A stretch of 64,000 nucleotides of DNA from Acetobacteraceae bacterium. GTDB lineage: Bacteria > Pseudomonadota > Alphaproteobacteria > Acetobacterales > Acetobacteraceae. The position numbers and the translations under genes were made by a program. Location of the stretch: assembly GCA_965199155.1 (NCBI GenBank), contig CBDAQJ010000002.1:158171-222170 (forward strand), written 5' to 3'. Positions 59,860 to 64,000 of this stretch are shown here, piece by piece (the stretch's first letter is position 1; the number at the start of each line of letters is the position of its first letter). The notes below the pieces were generated by a model. That model did not search any database. It had not been told where the DNA came from and saw only the letters and a program-made list of their open reading frames with translations.

Positions 59860-61319
59860 AGCGTGCCCTCCGGGCAGCACTCGCGCTGCCGCCGCTCGCC
59901 ATCCTCGCCGGATGCGACCTGTCCCCCACCTACCATGCGCCCATGACGGTGCTGCCCGCGACCTGGAAAGGCGAGGGCATCTGGCGCGTGGCGACGCCCT
60001 CGGATGCGGCGATCCGCGGCGACTGGTGGACCGCGTTCGGCAATCCGACGCTCGACGAACTCGAGCCCAGGATCAGCGACAATCCCGATCTCGCCGCCGC
60101 CGCCGAGCGCTACGAGCAGGCGCGCGATCTCGCGGCCGAGGCGCAATCCGGTCTCTATCCGCAGATCGGCAGCGAGTTCATACCGTCCGCCAATCGCGAA
60201 TCCGCGAAGACGCTGTTCCGCTCGCCGACCAGCACCGCGCCCCTGCAGGCGAACAACGTCGAGCTGGCCGGAACCGCGAGCTGGGAAATCGACCTCTGGG
60301 GCCGCATCCGCAACATGGCCCGTGCGCGCAGGCAAGAAGCCCAGGCCACGGCCGCCGACGAGGCCGATATGCGCCTCAGCCTGCAGGCGGAGCTCGCCGA
60401 CAACTATCTCACCCTGCGTGGCCTCGACGCGGAACTGGCGCTCTATCGCCAGACCATGCAGTTCTACCAGATCGGCGTGAACATCACGACGCTCCGGCTC
60501 ACGCACAAGATCGGCAACCTGCTCGACGTGGAGCGCGCGCAGAACGAGCTGAGCGGTGCGGAAGCGCTCGCCACCGACACGCTCGCGCAGCGCGTGCTCG
60601 CCGAGAACGCGATCGCCGTGTTGATCGGCGTGCCCGCCTCGGCCTTCACGCTGCCGCCGCAGGACAAGACCGCGTTCGCCGCCGCCGAGATCCCGACCGA
60701 CATTCCGGCCACCCTGCTCGAGCGGCGCCCGGACGTCTCGAGGGCCGAGCGCCTGATGGCCGCCGCGAACGCCGAGATCGGCGTCGCGCGCGCGGCCTTC
60801 TTCCCCGACCTGACGCTGAACGGCGATATCGGCCGCGACGCCGGCGGTTTCGCGCTGGCCAGCGGGCCGCTCACCCTGTGGTCGATCGGCGCCACGCTCG
60901 CCGAGCCCCTCTTCGAGGGCGGCCTGCGCACCGCCGAGCTGCGCTACGCCAGATCCGCCTACGCCCAGACGCGCGACAACTACCGCACGACCGTGCTCGC
61001 AGCGCTGCAGCAGACCGAGGACGAGATCGCGCTCACCCATCTGCTGGCGACCGAGTCGAAGCAGTCGGCGGATGCCCGCGCCGCCGCCGACAAGGTCCAG
61101 ACCCTGGCCTTGACCCTCTACCAGCAGGGGCTCGACAACTACCTCAACGTGGTGGTCGCCGAGGTGACGGCGCTCGACGCCGGCGTCAGCACGGTGGGCG
61201 TCGACATCCGCGCGGCGCAGGCGCGCATCGACCTGATCCGGGCGCTGGGCGGCGGCTGGACCACCGCGTCCCTGCCGCCCGCGAAAACGATCGTGCCCTT
61301 CGATCCGCTGCTGCCGTAA
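59856..61319 (+). CDS. Efflux outer-membrane factor lipoprotein, NodT family
   Basis: ATGA overlap with the adaptor gene. Lipobox LAILAGC. WW..FG.P.LD.L, SWEIDLWGRIRN. In-frame tail of ORF 58530..61319. Confidence 0.88.
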   Translation: MKRALRAALALPPLAILAGCDLSPTYHAPMTVLPATWKGEGIWRVATPSDAAIRGDWWTAFGNPTLDELEPRISDNPDLAAAAERYEQARDLAAEAQSGLYPQIGSEFIPSANRESAKTLFRSPTSTAPLQANNVELAGTASWEIDLWGRIRNMARARRQEAQATAADEADMRLSLQAELADNYLTLRGLDAELALYRQTMQFYQIGVNITTLRLTHKIGNLLDVERAQNELSGAEALATDTLAQRVLAENAIAVLIGVPASAFTLPPQDKTAFAAAEIPTDIPATLLERRPDVSRAERLMAAANAEIGVARAAFFPDLTLNGDIGRDAGGFALASGPLTLWSIGATLAEPLFEGGLRTAELRYARSAYAQTRDNYRTTVLAALQQTEDEIALTHLLATESKQSADARAAADKVQTLALTLYQQGLDNYLNVVVAEVTALDAGVSTVGVDIRAAQARIDLIRALGGGWTTASLPPAKTIVPFDPLLP

Positions 61320-61362
61320 TCTCCGGCCTTCGTGACAGCCCGTCTTCATCACAGGATGATCC

Positions 61363-62298
61363 ATGACGCTGCTCCGCCGCCGTGCCTTCCTGTCGCTGGC
61401 CGGGGGCCTGCCCGTGCTGCAGGCCGGCCTCGCGCACGCCGCGATCCCCGACCGGCCGAAGCTGCGTGCGCACGGGAAGTTCCGCTTCCTGTTCATCACC
61501 GACACGCATCTGCAGCCCGAGCTCAACGCCGATGCCGGCTGCCACATGGCGTTCCGACATGCCCGGACCATCCCGGCCGATTTCGCGATCCAGGGCGGCG
61601 ACCACGTGTTCGACGCGCTCGGCGTCAACGCCGCGCGCGCCACGATGCTGCGCGATCTCTACCGGCGCACCGCCGACGACCTGGCGCTGCCGGTCCACCA
61701 CACGATCGGCAACCACGATCTGTTCGGCGTCTACACCAAGAGCGGCGTCGCCCCCACCGACCCGATGTACGGCAAGAAGTATTTCGAGGACGTCTGGGGC
61801 CAGCTCTACTACGCGTTCGACCACAAGGGCGTGCATGTCGTGGTGCTCGACTCGATCGGCATCACCGCGGACCGCATGTACGAGGGTCGCATCGACGCGG
61901 CACAGCTCGCCTGGCTCACAAGCGACCTCGCCTCCCTGCCCACGGGCACGCCGGTGATCGTCATCACCCACATCCCGCTGGTGACCTCGGTCGACCAGTA
62001 CGCGCCGCCGCTCGACCTCAAGCACCATTCCGTGTCGGTCGCCAACGCCTACGACGTCCTGCCTTTGTTCGACCACGTCCGCGTCCTCGCCGTGCTGCAG
62101 GGACACACGCATATTCTCGAGCGCGTCGACTGGCACGGTGTCCCCTACATCACCGGCGGCGCGGTCAGCGGCAACTGGTGGCAAGGCACCCGCCTCGGCA
62201 CGCCTGAAGGTTTTCTTGTCGTTGACGTCGAGGCCGGTGCGGTGCGGACGCGCTACGAGACCTACGGTTTTCGCAGCGTCGACCCGCACAATACCTGA
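61363..62298 (+). CDS. Tat-signal metallophosphoesterase (calcineurin-like)
   Basis: Twin-arginine leader MTLLRRRAFLSLAGG...AHA. Phosphoesterase motifs FITDTH, GGDHV, GNHD, VITHIP, GHTH. Confidence 0.85.
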   Translation: MTLLRRRAFLSLAGGLPVLQAGLAHAAIPDRPKLRAHGKFRFLFITDTHLQPELNADAGCHMAFRHARTIPADFAIQGGDHVFDALGVNAARATMLRDLYRRTADDLALPVHHTIGNHDLFGVYTKSGVAPTDPMYGKKYFEDVWGQLYYAFDHKGVHVVVLDSIGITADRMYEGRIDAAQLAWLTSDLASLPTGTPVIVITHIPLVTSVDQYAPPLDLKHHSVSVANAYDVLPLFDHVRVLAVLQGHTHILERVDWHGVPYITGGAVSGNWWQGTRLGTPEGFLVVDVEAGAVRTRYETYGFRSVDPHNT

Positions 62299-62307
62299 CC
62301 CGTCGCG

Positions 62308-62919
62308 TCAGCGGTTGACGGCGACGCCCGGGACCACACGGAGCGCCGGTACACGCGGAATGCGCCCGATCGGCAGCACGTCCTGTCCCGCGCTCTCCGA
62401 CAGCACCTCGGCCGCCGCCAGGTAGAGCGCCGCCATGGCGGTCAGCAGCCCCGTGTAGCCGCCCGCCACATGCAGCAGGACGCTGCCCGTCCACTCGCCG
62501 GCCGCCAGCAGGAAGAAGGTGATCCAGAGCAGGCAGAACACCGACTGCACGACGCGGTTGGCCGCGAAGGTCGCGAACCACATGAACAGCGTGAACACGC
62601 CCCAGACCGCCAGATACCAGCCGACCATGCCGGCCGGCATCGCGGGATGCGGAAACACCGCCACGAACAGCGCGAACGACCACCAGAACGCGCCGTAGCC
62701 GCAGAAGGCCACGAAGCCGAACGTGTTGCCGCGCGGCAGCTCGCACAGCCCGGCCGCGAACTGCGCGGCCCCGCCGAACGCCGCGGCCATCGCCAGCACA
62801 ACCGCCATGCCGGTGGCAGGATACCAGCCGGCGTTGATCATGCTCAGAAGCCAGGTGGTCATCGCGAAGCCGGCCAGGCCCAGCGGCGCCGGATTGGCGA
62901 GGGATCTCGTCATGGACAT
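62308..62919 (-). CDS. satP: GPR1/FUN34/YaaH-family acetate/succinate channel
   Basis: Internal ATG 62919 with GGGAG 7 nt upstream. Family signature NPAPLGLAGFAMTTW. Six hydrophobic segments. Confidence 0.85.
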   Translation of the reverse strand: MSMTRSLANPAPLGLAGFAMTTWLLSMINAGWYPATGMAVVLAMAAAFGGAAQFAAGLCELPRGNTFGFVAFCGYGAFWWSFALFVAVFPHPAMPAGMVGWYLAVWGVFTLFMWFATFAANRVVQSVFCLLWITFFLLAAGEWTGSVLLHVAGGYTGLLTAMAALYLAAAEVLSESAGQDVLPIGRIPRVPALRVVPGVAVNR

Positions 62920-62998
62920 TTTGGAACTCCCGTTCTCGCCTCTCTTGGTGGAGGTCGATCCTGCAAGATAACGTTCCGCACGCCGCAGGCAACAAAGC

Positions 62999-63117
62999 AA
63001 GATTGGGGCTCTGCCCCAAACCCCGCCAGGGTCGAGCCGATCCTGGACCTGCCTAACGAAGGGGGTCTGGGGCCAAGGCCCCAGCGGGGTCCAGGGGCAG
63101 AGCCCCTGGCCTTCTAA
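62999..63117. repeat. Four-hairpin palindromic element, copy 5
   Basis: Hairpins: TTGGGGCtctGCCCCAA, CCAGGgtcgagccgatCCTGG, CTGGGGCCaaGGCCCCAG, CCAGGGGCagaGCCCCTGG. The right end GGCCTTCTA overlaps the histidine-kinase TAG stop (63114-63116, minus strand). Confidence 0.9.
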
Positions 63118-64000
63118 GCCCGGAACACCACCGAAAACCGGCTCCCCGCCCCGTCCGACTCCACCCCCAGCACAGCCCCATGCAGGTCCACGATCGCGGC
63201 CACCAGGCTCAGCCCCAGCCCGCTGCCCGGCACGTGCCGGCTCCGGTCCGCCCGGTAGAAGCGCTTGGTCGCCTGCAGCCGCTCCGCCTCCGACAGCCCG
63301 ATCCCGTCATCGACCACCGCCACGGTCGCCCCCGCCACCTCCACCCGCACATGCCCCCCGTCGGGCGTGAACTTGATGGCGTTGTCGATCAGGTTCGCCA
63401 CCGCCTCCATCACCAGGTCGCGGTCGCAGTCGATCGCGGCCGGCTCGTCGAGATGAAGCGTGAGCGCCACCTCCTTCGCCTCCGCCACCGGCTCGTAGAG
63501 CTCGACGGCATCCTCGGCGATCGCCGCGAGCTCGGCCCGCGCGTATCCCGCCCGCCGCCGCTGGCTCTCGATCTCGGCGATCCGCAGCAGCGCCGTGATC
63601 ATCGTGAACAGCCGGTCGAGCTCGCCCACCGCCCGGTCGATCGCGCGCCGCAGCTCGTCGGGCGGCAGCGCGCGGGTGCGCGCGCGGTCCAGCGTCGCGC
63701 GCACGCGGGCGAGCGGGGTGCGCAGGTCGTGCGCGATGTCGTCGCCCACGCCGCGGATCTCGTCGACCAGGCGCTCGATCCGGTCGAGCATCCGGTTGAC
63801 CGAGCCCGCCAGCAGGTCGAGATCGTCGCCGGTGCCGCCCTCGGGCAGCCGCCCGTCGAGGTCGCCCGCCATGATGCCTTCCACCGCGCGGTGCATGTCG
63901 CCCACCCGCACCAGCGCGCGGTAGCCGAGCAGCGCGCCGCCGCCGAGCGACATCAGCAGCGCGGGTGCGAATCCCAGCGTCAGGGCGCGGAGCGCGATCA
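63114..64000 (-). CDS. Two-component sensor histidine kinase, N-terminus outside the window
   Basis: H-box DIAHDLRTPLARV, N-box NLIDNAIKFTP, DDGIGL, GSGLGLSLV, with a HAMP-like segment upstream. The frame stays open to nt 64000. Confidence 0.88.
   Translation of the reverse strand, partial: IALRALTLGFAPALLMSLGGGALLGYRALVRVGDMHRAVEGIMAGDLDGRLPEGGTGDDLDLLAGSVNRMLDRIERLVDEIRGVGDDIAHDLRTPLARVRATLDRARTRALPPDELRRAIDRAVGELDRLFTMITALLRIAEIESQRRRAGYARAELAAIAEDAVELYEPVAEAKEVALTLHLDEPAAIDCDRDLVMEAVANLIDNAIKFTPDGGHVRVEVAGATVAVVDDGIGLSEAERLQATKRFYRADRSRHVPGSGLGLSLVAAIVDLHGAVLGVESDGAGSRFSVVFRA

Overview
High-GC bacterial chromosome segment, almost certainly alphaproteobacterial. The evidence is CcrM-type GANTC methyltransferase next to rnhB, and a spc/alpha ribosomal cluster with adk after secY and no rpmJ/infA/rpsD. 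I could not run alignments or compute GC content; calls rest on motifs in the ORF track and my own reading of the DNA.

About half the window (26.0-55.2 kb, minus strand) is the core translation/transcription cluster: rplK-rplA-rplJ-rplL-rpoB-rpoC, rpsL-rpsG-tuf, the full S10, spc and alpha operons.

The rest holds:
- a cca / NUDIX / DUF1285 group divergent from a translationally coupled MoxR-DUF58-BatA-like-membrane protein operon
- a secreted ankyrin protein
- ccrM-rnhB, DUF488 and an MFS exporter
- an mdtABC-type RND operon with its own outer-membrane factor
- a DUF1328/CsbD stress pair and a zinc-ribbon/HExxH protein
- an S41 protease
- a second RND operon in the order permease-adaptor-OMF
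- a Tat-signal metallophosphoesterase, a SatP/YaaH channel and a partial histidine kinase

No rRNA, tRNA, CRISPR array, transposase or phage genes were seen.

The most interesting signal is non-coding. Five copies of a roughly 120-bp element built from four hairpins sit at gene 3' ends. They have conserved loops, about 30-bp terminal inverted repeats and compensatory stem substitutions. Several copies overlap stop codons, and one abuts a truncated gene remnant.

Secondary observations:
- synteny breaks in the conserved cluster: no fusA between rpsG and tuf, no secE-nusG upstream of rplK, and a protease gene between rpoC and rpsL
- Ser/Thr/Gly-rich insertions in three components of the mdt efflux system
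- two G8 tracts inside the ankyrin gene
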